From Alkalispirochaeta sp. (lineage in GTDB: Bacteria > Spirochaetota > Spirochaetia > DSM-27196 > Alkalispirochaetaceae): 64,000 nucleotides of DNA. Location of the stretch: assembly GCA_965242725.1 (NCBI GenBank), contig CBDESZ010000026.1, positions 85,399 to 149,398 on the forward strand. Direction: 5' to 3'. The notes under the pieces were generated by a model that saw only the letters and a list, made by a program, of their open reading frames with translations, made no database searches and had not been told where the DNA came from. This document shows positions 1 to 9,688 of the stretch, piece by piece; position 1 is the stretch's first letter, and the number at the start of each line of letters is the position of its first letter. The position numbers and the translations under genes were made by a program.

Positions 1-131
1 TCAACGCCTTTTTCTGCGATTCCCTGCGTGCCCTGCAGCGCTTTGCGCGATCCGGCGCGGCGACGTCGGTTTCAGCGGCGCAGGGCGACGGCGCGGGGTG
101 CAGTGCCCGCCAGTTTCACCTGGCGGCGGAC

Positions 132-2174
132 TCAGCCGGGCTGGGACGCCATGACGTCGTGGAGGCTTCCCCCGTTCTGGACGTTGGTAAATCCCAGCTG
201 CTCGAGTATTCGCTTGCCGTAGGCGGAGCGGGCGCCGGATGCGCAGTAGAGGATGATTTCCCGGTCCCTATCGGTGATCTGCTCCGCCCAGTCGTACACG
301 TCGTCCAGGTTGACGTTGATTGCGCCGGGATAAGCGCCCATTTGAAACTCCATCGGTGTACGAACATCGACGATGAGGGGGCCGTCGGCGGCAGGCGCGT
401 TGTCGGCGGCCGCCGCGTCCGTATCACCCTCTGCCTGGTCGCCTGCGTGCGCGCGTCCACCTCCCGCTTCCAGGTCTTCTATGGACTTCCGTTCCACCGG
501 AAGGAGTCCGACCCTGATGCGGTCAAATCCCGCGGCCCGGGCGTGACGCTCCAGGGAGATGTATCCGCCGGAGAGGTTGTAGACCTTTTCAAATCCGGCG
601 GCCTTGAGCATGCGCAGGGCGACGTGTCCTTTCTGACCGTCGTCACTGATGAGCAGGATTGCCTGGTCCCGGGGTATTTCGTCCATGTGGTCCCGGAGGA
701 TGTTCTGGCTGGCGTTGGAGCTGCCGGCGAGGTTGGCTTTCCGGAAAGAGATGGGATCCCGCAGGTCTATGGCAATGGGCTGCTCTTTCACGGCGAACTC
801 CTGCACGTCCTGGGCGAGTATGGAAGGACTGAATCCGCTCATATGATTGGAGGCGGTAAATGCGGCCATGTTGACCGGTCCGTTGGGGCTGTTGAAGGGT
901 GGTGCGTATGCGAGATCGAGCTCCTCCAGATCCGCCACGGTGAGTTCCCCGGCGATCGCCGTCGCCATGACGTCCAGGCGCTTGTCGATGCCGACGCGAC
1001 CCGCCGCCTGAGCTCCCAGTACTTTGCCGCTTTCACGGTCGAAGATCACCATGAGGCTGACCTTTTCCGAACCGGGAAAATATGCGGTGTGGCTCGCCTT
1101 GTGAACCACCACGGCGTCGGCGTTGATTTTCTGTTTTCGCGCCGTCTTCAGGTTGAGTCCCACCGATCCGGCGACGGCACCGAAGACTTTCACGATCGAT
1201 GTGCCCATGGCACCCTTGTAGACGCGGGAGCCTCCCAGGGCGTTTTCCGCGACCAGACGCCCCTGCCGATTGGCGGGTCCCGCAAGGGGCATGCGTACCG
1301 TTTGACCCATGACTGTGTGTTCGATTTCCACCATGTCTCCGGCGGCAAATATGTTCTCATCGCTCGTCTGTAGGCGGTTGTTCACCTTGAGGCCGCCGGC
1401 GGCACCCATTTCAAGTCCTGCTTCCTGAGCAAGGGTGAGGGTGGGGCGGACCCCGACGGAGAGAAGGACGAAGTCGGCATCCACATGTTCTCCCGAGTCG
1501 AGTACCAGGTGCCCATCGGCGATCTCCGTCACCGATCGACCGAGGTGGAGATTGATTCCGTAGTCAAGGAGTTCCTTCTGGAGAAATCCGGCAAATTCGC
1601 CCTCCAGATTGGGCATGACCTGGGGTACCATTTCCACGAGGCTCACGTCCATACCCCGTTTGGCGAGGGCTTCAACCATCTCCAGGCCGATAAAGCCGCC
1701 CCCCACGACGACCGCCTTTCGGGGTTCTTCGTTTTCTATGAACCGGTCGATGGCATCCATGTCATCCAGCGTCCACAGCTGAAAGACGTGGTCCTTTTCC
1801 ACACCGGGAAGGGGCGGGACAACCGGCTTGCCTCCCTGGGCGAGAATCAGACTGTCATAGGAATGCTCCCGCTCCTCACCGGTGGAGAGGTTCCTGGAGA
1901 GCACCACATTCCGCTCCCGGTCTATTTTCAGGGCTTCCGTCTCGGTATGGACGGTCACGCGATATTGGTCTTCAAAGGTCTGCGGGCTGGCGAGAATGAG
2001 GGACGAACGGTGCTCGATGTCCCGTCCCAGATAGTAGGGAAGTCCGCAGTTGGCAAAGGATACGTCCGCTCCCCGTTCCAGAATGGTTATTTCCGCTTCT
2101 CCGTCCAGTCTGCGTGCCCGGGCGGCTGCTGTTGCACCGGCGGCAACGCCGCCTATGATTACTATTCGTTTCAT
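132..2174 (-). CDS. CoA-disulfide/persulfide reductase family flavoprotein fused to two rhodanese domains
   Basis: GGVAAG FAD motif, SFANCGLPY redox Cys, GGGFIGLE NAD motif, LAYAPPF dimerisation motif; C-terminal rhodanese domains (IDLRDP...NLSGG; VDVRTP...YCASGARS). Confidence 0.9.
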   Translation of the reverse strand: MKRIVIIGGVAAGATAAARARRLDGEAEITILERGADVSFANCGLPYYLGRDIEHRSSLILASPQTFEDQYRVTVHTETEALKIDRERNVVLSRNLSTGEEREHSYDSLILAQGGKPVVPPLPGVEKDHVFQLWTLDDMDAIDRFIENEEPRKAVVVGGGFIGLEMVEALAKRGMDVSLVEMVPQVMPNLEGEFAGFLQKELLDYGINLHLGRSVTEIADGHLVLDSGEHVDADFVLLSVGVRPTLTLAQEAGLEMGAAGGLKVNNRLQTSDENIFAAGDMVEIEHTVMGQTVRMPLAGPANRQGRLVAENALGGSRVYKGAMGTSIVKVFGAVAGSVGLNLKTARKQKINADAVVVHKASHTAYFPGSEKVSLMVIFDRESGKVLGAQAAGRVGIDKRLDVMATAIAGELTVADLEELDLAYAPPFNSPNGPVNMAAFTASNHMSGFSPSILAQDVQEFAVKEQPIAIDLRDPISFRKANLAGSSNASQNILRDHMDEIPRDQAILLISDDGQKGHVALRMLKAAGFEKVYNLSGGYISLERHARAAGFDRIRVGLLPVERKSIEDLEAGGGRAHAGDQAEGDTDAAAADNAPAADGPLIVDVRTPMEFQMGAYPGAINVNLDDVYDWAEQITDRDREIILYCASGARSAYGKRILEQLGFTNVQNGGSLHDVMASQPG

Positions 2175-2185
2175 ATCGATCTCCC

Positions 2186-2232
2186 GTTATGTATAATAAT
2201 TTATATATAACAAGAGAGCGATTATCTGTCAA
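2186..2232 (-). promoter_or_regulatory. sigma70-type promoter overlapped by an AT-rich palindromic operator
   Basis: Minus strand TTGACA (2232-2227)-N17-TATATA; imperfect 11-4-11 inverted repeat GTTATGTATAA-taat-TTATATATAAC at 2186-2211. Confidence 0.6.
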
Positions 2233-2284
2233 GGGGCGGCGATTTCGCGGTTCTGACTTTGCCGGGAGCCGGCGTTCCCGAGCG

Positions 2285-2980
2285 TTATGGGGCCGTCGGG
2301 GGAGCGACCTTCCGGAAGGTAACAATATCGCCGGGGGCACGACCGACGACTGTGTAGTTATACCGTCGCGAAACCCATGCCACCGTCTCCTCCGTCCAGA
2401 ACGAGACGTGGGTGTGATCGTTCCGGTACCACCAGCGGGTGAATTCGTCCCCGGTACCCGCAAAGAGACCCGTCCGAACGGCGAAGAGGCCTCCTTCTCT
2501 CTTCAGGAGCGAGTCAATTCTTCCAAGCTCCTTCCCGGGATTGTGAAAATGTTCAACCACTTCCACGGCGGTAATCGCATCGTATCGTTCTATGTGGGTG
2601 AGGGCGTCGGTTTCTGCCGTGAAAAAGGGGTCGTAGCCGGTTGCGTCATAGCCGCGCTCGCGGAGAAGCTCAACCAGAGCCGGTTCCGGACCGCTTCCGT
2701 AGTCGAGGACCGCCGGGGCACTCCCGGGGGCGACGCCTCCCGCACCGTTCTCGTGAGGCGCCGGGGCGCCCGGCTGCAGGAAGGGGGATAGGGCGCGTTC
2801 AATAAATGTCGTAAGATAGCGGCGGTAGCGAGGGTCATCGAGGCTATTGTTGTGCTCCTGATAGCGCTCCCGCTCCTCCGCCGGAGCGGGAAGATCCGCC
2901 TCGGTACTTTGTATCAGACCGCATTCGGGACAGCGCATGTACCGCCATGTGCGGTGCCTTCCACCGATCCTTTCAGACAT
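2285..2980 (-). CDS. Class I SAM-dependent methyltransferase with N-terminal CPEC zinc-ribbon-like motif
   Basis: VLDYGSGP SAM motif, YDPFF, EVVEHF, WWYRNDHTHV; start at 2980 chosen from a GGAGAGG RBS. Confidence 0.8.
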   Translation of the reverse strand: MSERIGGRHRTWRYMRCPECGLIQSTEADLPAPAEERERYQEHNNSLDDPRYRRYLTTFIERALSPFLQPGAPAPHENGAGGVAPGSAPAVLDYGSGPEPALVELLRERGYDATGYDPFFTAETDALTHIERYDAITAVEVVEHFHNPGKELGRIDSLLKREGGLFAVRTGLFAGTGDEFTRWWYRNDHTHVSFWTEETVAWVSRRYNYTVVGRAPGDIVTFRKVAPPTAP

Positions 2981-3095
2981 CGAGCCTCTCCGGACAGTTA
3001 TCGGTGCGGAAATCCACAGTATCGCCGTCGTTCCGCATAGCCTGCACCGTTCGCTAATTGTTGACCGCATATGTTGCATTTACTATATTTTCCCC

Positions 3096-3515
3096 GTGGC
3101 ATCGAAGCTTCGCAAGAGTAAACAAAGAGATCGTATCTATCAGCTTCTCAAAATGAGCAGGCAGCACGTCACCGCGCACTGGATCTGTGAAACACTTCGG
3201 GATGAGTTCCCGACGTTGAGTCTGGGAAACGTCTATCGCAATCTCAACATTCTCGCCGAACAGGGACTCGTCAACCGCCTCGGCTTCGGGAGCAACACCG
3301 ACGTCTATGAAGCGGTGAGAGAACCGCACTATCACTTTGTCTGTGAAGTGTGCGGGGCGATAGAAGACGTCAGGATTCCTGTCGATATGCAACAGACCGT
3401 TGAAAACCTCATTCGCGACCAGTACGGACATCTGGTAACGCGGAAATCCGTGGAGTTTCACGGCATTTGCAGTGCCTGTCGGGCGAGCAGGGCGGATACT
3501 CGCGACCCTATCTGA
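3096..3515 (+). CDS. Fur/PerR family transcriptional regulator
   Basis: SLGNVYRNL HTH, HYHFVCEVCG and GICSAC zinc motifs; GTG start after TTGACC-N17-TATATT. Confidence 0.9.
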   Translation: MASKLRKSKQRDRIYQLLKMSRQHVTAHWICETLRDEFPTLSLGNVYRNLNILAEQGLVNRLGFGSNTDVYEAVREPHYHFVCEVCGAIEDVRIPVDMQQTVENLIRDQYGHLVTRKSVEFHGICSACRASRADTRDPI

Positions 3516-4618
3516 TCGAGGGGCAGTATTTCCGTGGCCGCCTGCGCCTCAACGGCGGCGCGGGGCATACCATAGACAACCGATGTCGTCTCGTTCTGGA
3601 TGATCGTTGTTCCACCGGCGCGGTGTACGGCGACGCATCCTTCCGCACCGTCCCGTCCCATTCCCGTCAGGAGGACGGCGATGACGCCTTTGCCGTAGGA
3701 CGACGCGGCGCTCTCAAAGAGAATATCCACACTCGGTTTCTGAAACTGCCGTCGCTCTCCATCATTCAGCTCAACAGTATTCCGTTGTACAGTCATGTGA
3801 AGCCCCGACGGCGCCACAAGTATCGAGTCGGGTTTCAGTTCTTCCCCGCCCGTTGCGACGGAGACGTCGCGATGGGCCGTTTCACGAAGCCAGCGGGCAA
3901 ACCCTTCTGAAAATCCGTGGGAAATATGCTGTACTATCGCAACGGGAACGGGTATCGGTTCCGGCAGTTCCTGTATGACCGCCCTGATCGCCTGGGGACC
4001 GCCCGTCGATGCGCCGATGACGATGATAGTTCCGGGACGACGAGACGGTACGTGAACGTGGCGTGTTGTACCTCCGACTTCCGCGCTGGGGCGGAGGCCG
4101 GAGCGCGCGCCGGGACATGCTGCTTCTTCAGCCGCGACGGCGCGATAATGAGCCGGTGACGTGCGCCGCAGGGCGTACAGCGTCCGCAGGAGGGGCGCGC
4201 GGCCTTCCTCGGTGGTGAAGGCGCGAACATCGGGTCGACGTCGGATGAGGGTGAACCCCTCTCTTCTGAGGAGCGCTTCCCGTTGGATTGTAAACTCGGG
4301 AATTAATACGAGTGAGGGTATGCGCGCCCGCCGCTGGACGCGGCGGGCGCTGTTGAGCTGCGCCGTATCGTCCGGGTTGAAGTCCAGCAGGAGCACATCC
4401 GCACCCGCGGGAGCCGTCCCTGCGTCGCCCTCTCCCTCGGCCCCCGCGGCGTCTGCTTCTGCGGCGTCTCCTTTGTTTCCCGCGGCTCCCGCACCTCCCT
4501 GGCCGAGAAGGGACGCCTCCACGACAACACAATCTCCCTCGCTGCCGAAAGCGTTCGCAAGGAGCGTTCTCATTGTCGGTGAGGCGCTGAAGATTCGCAG
4601 TCGGATGAGGTCGTCCAC
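3458..4618 (-). CDS. cheB: CheB-family protein-glutamate methylesterase with divergent receiver domain
   Basis: IGASTGGP, VQHI and LTGMGRDG catalytic motifs, PSVDILFES, VYGMP. Confidence 0.85.
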   Translation of the reverse strand: MDDLIRLRIFSASPTMRTLLANAFGSEGDCVVVEASLLGQGGAGAAGNKGDAAEADAAGAEGEGDAGTAPAGADVLLLDFNPDDTAQLNSARRVQRRARIPSLVLIPEFTIQREALLRREGFTLIRRRPDVRAFTTEEGRAPLLRTLYALRRTSPAHYRAVAAEEAACPGARSGLRPSAEVGGTTRHVHVPSRRPGTIIVIGASTGGPQAIRAVIQELPEPIPVPVAIVQHISHGFSEGFARWLRETAHRDVSVATGGEELKPDSILVAPSGLHMTVQRNTVELNDGERRQFQKPSVDILFESAASSYGKGVIAVLLTGMGRDGAEGCVAVHRAGGTTIIQNETTSVVYGMPRAAVEAQAATEILPLDQIGSRVSALLARQALQMP

Positions 4619-4764
4619 TTTGTCATTGTCGGCATGACGGGGAACCCGCCCGAGGCGATCCGTGGGGAAGTGTTGTTATAAGGCCGGTCATGCCGCTCCG
4701 GCAGACCGGGCCGACGCGCCGGCGGGATGTTTTCAGCAAAACGGGCCGACGCACCTGCGGGACG

Positions 4765-6045
4765 TTAAATCACCGTTCCTGCCGGCAGAGAGGTGTTCTT
4801 CGGAACGATGATAATGCCGTCACGCACGTAGCACCGGTCGTAATCACCGTCCGGGGGCACCCCGTCCCACCCGATTGAGCAATTGTCACCGATGCGGGTG
4901 TTCTTGTCGATGATTGCGTGGCGGATACGGCAGTTCTTCCCGATACCGACGGGAGGCAGCGATTTGCCGCCGTCCATACGCTCCGGGCCCGGCTCTTCAT
5001 AGTAGTCCGCACCCATGCAAATGACGCCGTCCAGATGTGTGCCTTCACGGACGATCTTGCGGATGCCCACAACCGATCGCTCGATAACGTTATCCGTGAG
5101 AATACAGCCGTCGGCGATCAGGGAATTGGAAATGCGGGCCGAATTGATCTTGCTCGGCGGAAGGTCGCGGCGGTGGGTGTATATGGGGCTGTTCTCGTCA
5201 AAAAGGTTGAACGCCGGTGTGATATCGGCGAGAGCGAGGCTGGTGTGGTAGAAGCTCTCGATCGTACCGATGTCTTCCCAGAATCCGTCAAAGAGATAGG
5301 CGTTGACCTCCATTTTGTCGATCATCATGGGAATCACTTCGTGGCCGAAGTCGGTGTACTGATTGTCCAGCGCCCGCTCCAGCGCATCGGCGTTGAAGAC
5401 GTAAATGCCCATGGACGCCATGTAGTCCCGTCCGGGGCGGTAGTTGGGCACCGCATCCCTGGCGCCCTCGGGGATTTTCATGGCGGTAATGTCCTTTTCC
5501 AGCGGCGGCTTCTCGGTGAAGTTGTTGATCCGCAGCTCCTCGTCTACGGTGAGAATCCCGAATCCCACCGCCTCCTCCCGCGTTACCGGAAGGACCGCCA
5601 CCGTTGCGTCGGCGCCGCTGGCCACATGCTTTTCGTAAAAGTCCTTCAGATCCATACGGTAGAGCTGGTCTCCCGAAAGGATCATGTAGTGGCTCGGTTT
5701 GCGGGTCCGGAAATGGACGAGATTCTTCCGTACCGCGTCGGCAGTTCCCTCATACCAGCCGCTGTGTTCAAAGGTCTGTTCCGCCGCGAGGATTTCGACG
5801 AAACCCTTTGTAAAACTGTCAAAAATATAGGTGTTGTTGATATGTAAATGCAGCGAAGCCGAATTGAACTGGGTCAGTACGTATATTTCCTTGAAATTTG
5901 CATTGATACTGTTTGAAAGGGGAATATCCACCAACCGGTATTTCCCTCCGAAGGGCACTGCCGGTTTGGAACGCTCTGCTGTCAGCGGGAAGAGACGCGT
6001 CCCTTTGCCTCCACCCATTACAACGGTCAGTACATCATTTGCCAT
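4765..6045 (-). CDS. glgC: Glucose-1-phosphate adenylyltransferase
   Basis: GGGKGTRLFPLT, SKPAVPFGGKYRLVD, WYEGTADAV, WEDIGTI, C-terminal beta-helix. Confidence 0.96.
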   Translation of the reverse strand: MANDVLTVVMGGGKGTRLFPLTAERSKPAVPFGGKYRLVDIPLSNSINANFKEIYVLTQFNSASLHLHINNTYIFDSFTKGFVEILAAEQTFEHSGWYEGTADAVRKNLVHFRTRKPSHYMILSGDQLYRMDLKDFYEKHVASGADATVAVLPVTREEAVGFGILTVDEELRINNFTEKPPLEKDITAMKIPEGARDAVPNYRPGRDYMASMGIYVFNADALERALDNQYTDFGHEVIPMMIDKMEVNAYLFDGFWEDIGTIESFYHTSLALADITPAFNLFDENSPIYTHRRDLPPSKINSARISNSLIADGCILTDNVIERSVVGIRKIVREGTHLDGVICMGADYYEEPGPERMDGGKSLPPVGIGKNCRIRHAIIDKNTRIGDNCSIGWDGVPPDGDYDRCYVRDGIIIVPKNTSLPAGTVI

Positions 6046-6104
6046 AATTTCAGTGTAAGACCGGCGACTGGAGCGGTCAAGGAAATACATGCTACCATAC
6101 GGCG

Positions 6105-8394
6105 ATGGTAGCAGCCTTGATTGATGAACTGCGTGGCGACCGGGCGTTTATGGACAACGTCCGACACTGGCAGGTTGTGCCCGCCCGGGACGGGCGATAC
6201 CGGGACATTCCCCCCTTTCTCGACGGCCGTATCGTGTCGGCGCTGCAGCGCCGCGGAATTGACCGGCTCTATTCCCATCAGGCCGATGCGATTGAGGCGG
6301 TGGCGGAGGGCCGGCACGTCGTGGTGGTGACGCCCACCGCTTCGGGAAAGACGCTGAGTTACAATCTTCCCGTCCTCAACCGTATTCTTTCCAACCCCGA
6401 CTCGCGCTCCCTCTATCTCTTTCCCACCAAGGCGCTCAGCCAGGATCAGCAGGCGGAGCTCAACATGACCGTCGAGGAGGGGGGCCTGCCCGTCGCGGTG
6501 ATGACCTTCGACGGCGATACGCCCCAGGCTATTCGCGCCAATGCGCGACGGCAGGGACGGATCATCATTACCAACCCGGACATGCTTCATGCCGGAATCC
6601 TCCCCAACCACACAAAATGGGTGCAGTTCTTTCAGAATCTCGATTACGTCGTCATCGACGAACTGCACACCTATCGCGGGATTTTCGGCTCGCATGTGTG
6701 CAACGTCATACGCAGGCTCAAGCGGATCGCGTCCTTTTACGGCGCCTCGCCGCAGTTCATCATGTGTTCCGCCACCATCGGCAATCCCGGAGAACTGGCG
6801 GAGCAGATGGTGGGGGAGCAGGTGCGTCTCATTGACGACAACGGGGCGCCCCAGGGGGAAAAGCACATCGTTCTGTACAATCCGCCGCTGGTGGACAGCG
6901 TTCAGGGTATCCGGCAGGGAATCGTCCACTCCTCACGCCTTCTGGCGCTGCGATTTCTCAAGGCCGGCGTGAGAACGATCGTCTTTTCCCGCTCCCGGCA
7001 GCGGACGGAGCTTGTGGCTGAGTATATCCGTAAGAGTCTGGCGAACCACTATACCGAAAACGGACGTATACGGGTGGAATCGTACCGCGGGGGCTATCTG
7101 CCCTCGGAGCGACGCGCCATCGAACGGGGTCTTCGGGACGGCTCCATTCACGGCGTGGTAAGTACCAACGCCCTTGAACTGGGTATCGACATCGGTGGTC
7201 TGGACGCCGCCGTCCTGGGCGGATTTCCGGGGAGTATCGCAGCCTCCCTGCAGCAGGCGGGCCGGGCCGGGCGGCGCCGGACGGTCTCTCTGGCGGTCCT
7301 CGTCGCCGGGGCATCGCCGCTGGATCAGTTCATCATCGAGCATCCGGAGTACTTCCTTGAGGGCAACCCGGAAAAGGCGTATATCAACCCGGACAACCCC
7401 TTCGTCCTCTACGACCAGCTCAAGTGCGCCGTCTTTGAACTTCCCATGGAAGAGGAAGAAACCTTTGCCCCCGACGCGCCCAACATGCTCATGCTTCTGG
7501 AAGAGGCGGGCGTCCTGCACCGGACGGGGCGGACCTATCACTGGGTTGAGCAGTCATACCCCGCGGAGGAGGTGAGTCTCCGCAGCGCCACCAGCGACAA
7601 CGTCGTCATTGTCGATACCACCGCCGGTCGCAACGACGTAATCGGGGAAATGGACCGCCCCTCCGCCAAGGAGCTTCTCTTTAAGAAACGCAATATATCT
7701 CCATCGGGGTTCCCAGTTTGTGGTGACCGAACTGGATATTGAAAACCGGCGCTGCTATGTCGCCGAGACGGACGTTAACTACTATACCGATTCCCTCGTC
7801 AAGGTCGATTTGCGGGTGTTGACTGAAGATGAACGCACGGCGTCACCGCAGTGTCAAACGGTAATAGGAGACGTGCTTGTTCGCAGTATCGTGGGCAAGT
7901 TCAAGAAGATCCGCTTTCAGTCCCATGAAAACGTGGGATACGGCGACATCGATCTCCCGGAGGAGCAGATGCACACCCGATCGGTGGTTTTCCTCTTTCC
8001 CCCGGAGACGGCGGTGGGAACCGCCCTTGAAGCGATGGCGGCTCCGGGACGCGCCGTGGCGCTCCAGCGGCTCGTACGTCTCCTGCGCAGCGTCGCTCCG
8101 GTGTATCTCATGGCGCAGACCCAGGATCTCGGCGTCCACGCGAGCGTCAGAGATCCGCACTTCAATATGCCCGCCTGCTATCTCTACGACCAGTACCCCG
8201 GAGGCAGCGGACTCTCCGAGGCCTTTGCCCTTCGCTATGAATGGATCGTCAACGCCGCGGTTGAGCGGGTGACCGAATGCATGTGTGACGGCGGCTGTCC
8301 CTCCTGTGTTGGTCCGCCGGATATTCACGACGGATGGGACGGCAATCCCAAGGAGGCGGTGATGCTCCTGCTCTCCGCCTGGACGCATGGGTGA
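6105..8394 (+). CDS. DEAD/DEAH-box helicase with DUF1998 (MrfA/SftH/Hrq1-like); split by a +1 frameshift near 7686
   Basis: TPTASGKT, PTKALSQDQ, DELH, SATI, LELGIDIG, QQAGRAGR; the second ORF (7720-8394) carries YDQYPGGSG and CMCDGGCPSC; removing one A at 7686-7688 joins them as LFKNAIYLHRGSQFVV. Confidence 0.88.
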
Positions 8395-9688
8395 TCTCTA
8401 CAATCGCCTGCGGGAGATTCGCTCCCGCAAGCCTGCCGCGGAGAAACGTCGCGTACACCTTCAGCCACCCGGCGGAGCGTGGACGCCTATCGCCGAGGGG
8501 GCGTACCGGCGGACGACGGAACATGAAATCGATATCGGCCGATGGGGAGACCGCTTCACCTCCGACGGCCGGTGGCAGACCCTCTCCCCCGTAACGGGTC
8601 ACGACGATCACCGGACACCGCTTTTTCTGGATATCGAAACCAATGGACTGTCCGGAGGGGCGGGGACGATTGCGTTTCTCATCGGCATCGCGTTTCCCAT
8701 CGCGCCTGGTCGTCTGACCTTGGAGCAGTTCTTTCTTGGTGATCCGGCGGGCGAGCGGGCATTGATCGCCGCCCTTGTCGATGCGATTGCCGCCGTACCC
8801 CGGCCGCTCTATGTAACCTACAACGGAGGCAGCTTTGATCTCCCGGTGCTCAGAAGTCGCTGTGTGATAAACCGCACTCCCTTTCCGGAGGAAGCCCATT
8901 GGGATGTACTCCACACGATTCGGCGTCTCTATTCCGGTACGATCGGTAACTGTTCCCTCGGCAATGTGGAATCCGCCGTCCTGAAACGACCTCGTCTCGA
9001 AGACGTTTCCGGACAGGAGGCGCCGGAACGCTATCAGCGATACCTCTCGACGGGACAGATTGATGAGGTGCGCCCGGTCTGGACACACCATGAGCGGGAC
9101 ATCGTCCATCTCGCAGAGGTTGCGCTCCTGGCTAACGCAATACTATCCGGCGTCTGGGACGGGGAGGTGAGGGAGGACGGGACGTCGAGAGAGGGAACTC
9201 CCATGATGCCCGATGGTATCGCCCTCGCAAAGACACTCATCCGGAGAGGGGGAGAAGCTGAGAGGCGACGGGCGGAGCGCATTGTTGAGAGGGTGTGCGT
9301 CGCAACGGAACGACAGCGTATGGCGCTTCGCGCCTTCGCCCGGTCCCGGCGATTCCCGATGCGTCCCGGCGCGGCGTGGATAGAAGCGCGTACCGTCGGC
9401 GCGCGTCTCTCCCGGGAGCGGGGAGACATGGAACAATATCGGGCGTTATTGGAGCAGCTCGCCGACGTCGCCGCCCGAAAGGTTGATGTCGAGGCGTACG
9501 CGAAGCTCCTGGAACACCACGACGGCAATTACATTCACGCCGCCGCGATCATCGAGGATTGGTGTCGTCGGAACGCATGGGATGAGGAACTGCGTCACAG
9601 GTTTCGTCGACTTCAGCGTCGATTATCCCGTCGTACAATCGTTCATACTGTTCAATGGAGCGGTACAGCCCGAAATCACGGGTCATAG
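8387..9688 (+). CDS. RNase H-like DEDD exonuclease with helical C-terminus (MrfB/YprB-like)
   Basis: FLDIETNGL, YNGGSFDLP, HHERDI motifs; start overlaps the helicase stop. Confidence 0.8.
   Translation: MGDLYNRLREIRSRKPAAEKRRVHLQPPGGAWTPIAEGAYRRTTEHEIDIGRWGDRFTSDGRWQTLSPVTGHDDHRTPLFLDIETNGLSGGAGTIAFLIGIAFPIAPGRLTLEQFFLGDPAGERALIAALVDAIAAVPRPLYVTYNGGSFDLPVLRSRCVINRTPFPEEAHWDVLHTIRRLYSGTIGNCSLGNVESAVLKRPRLEDVSGQEAPERYQRYLSTGQIDEVRPVWTHHERDIVHLAEVALLANAILSGVWDGEVREDGTSREGTPMMPDGIALAKTLIRRGGEAERRRAERIVERVCVATERQRMALRAFARSRRFPMRPGAAWIEARTVGARLSRERGDMEQYRALLEQLADVAARKVDVEAYAKLLEHHDGNYIHAAAIIEDWCRRNAWDEELRHRFRRLQRRLSRRTIVHTVQWSGTARNHGS

Noticed and set aside
107..126. Hairpin CCGCCAG-N6-CTGGCGG after the CoA-disulfide reductase stop
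   Set aside because: No U-tract on either strand, so not called as a terminator
4619..4764. Possible c-di-GMP riboswitch upstream of cheB
   Set aside because: Some pairing potential, but no GCAAA/GAAA-loop/GACGCAAAGC arrangement on the coding strand
9549..9688. Convergent 3' overlaps (glgA/exonuclease 140 nt; fur/cheB 58 nt; tex/kinase-like 59 nt)
   Set aside because: Stop-poor GC-rich DNA and possible indel errors readily produce such tails; no evidence of function
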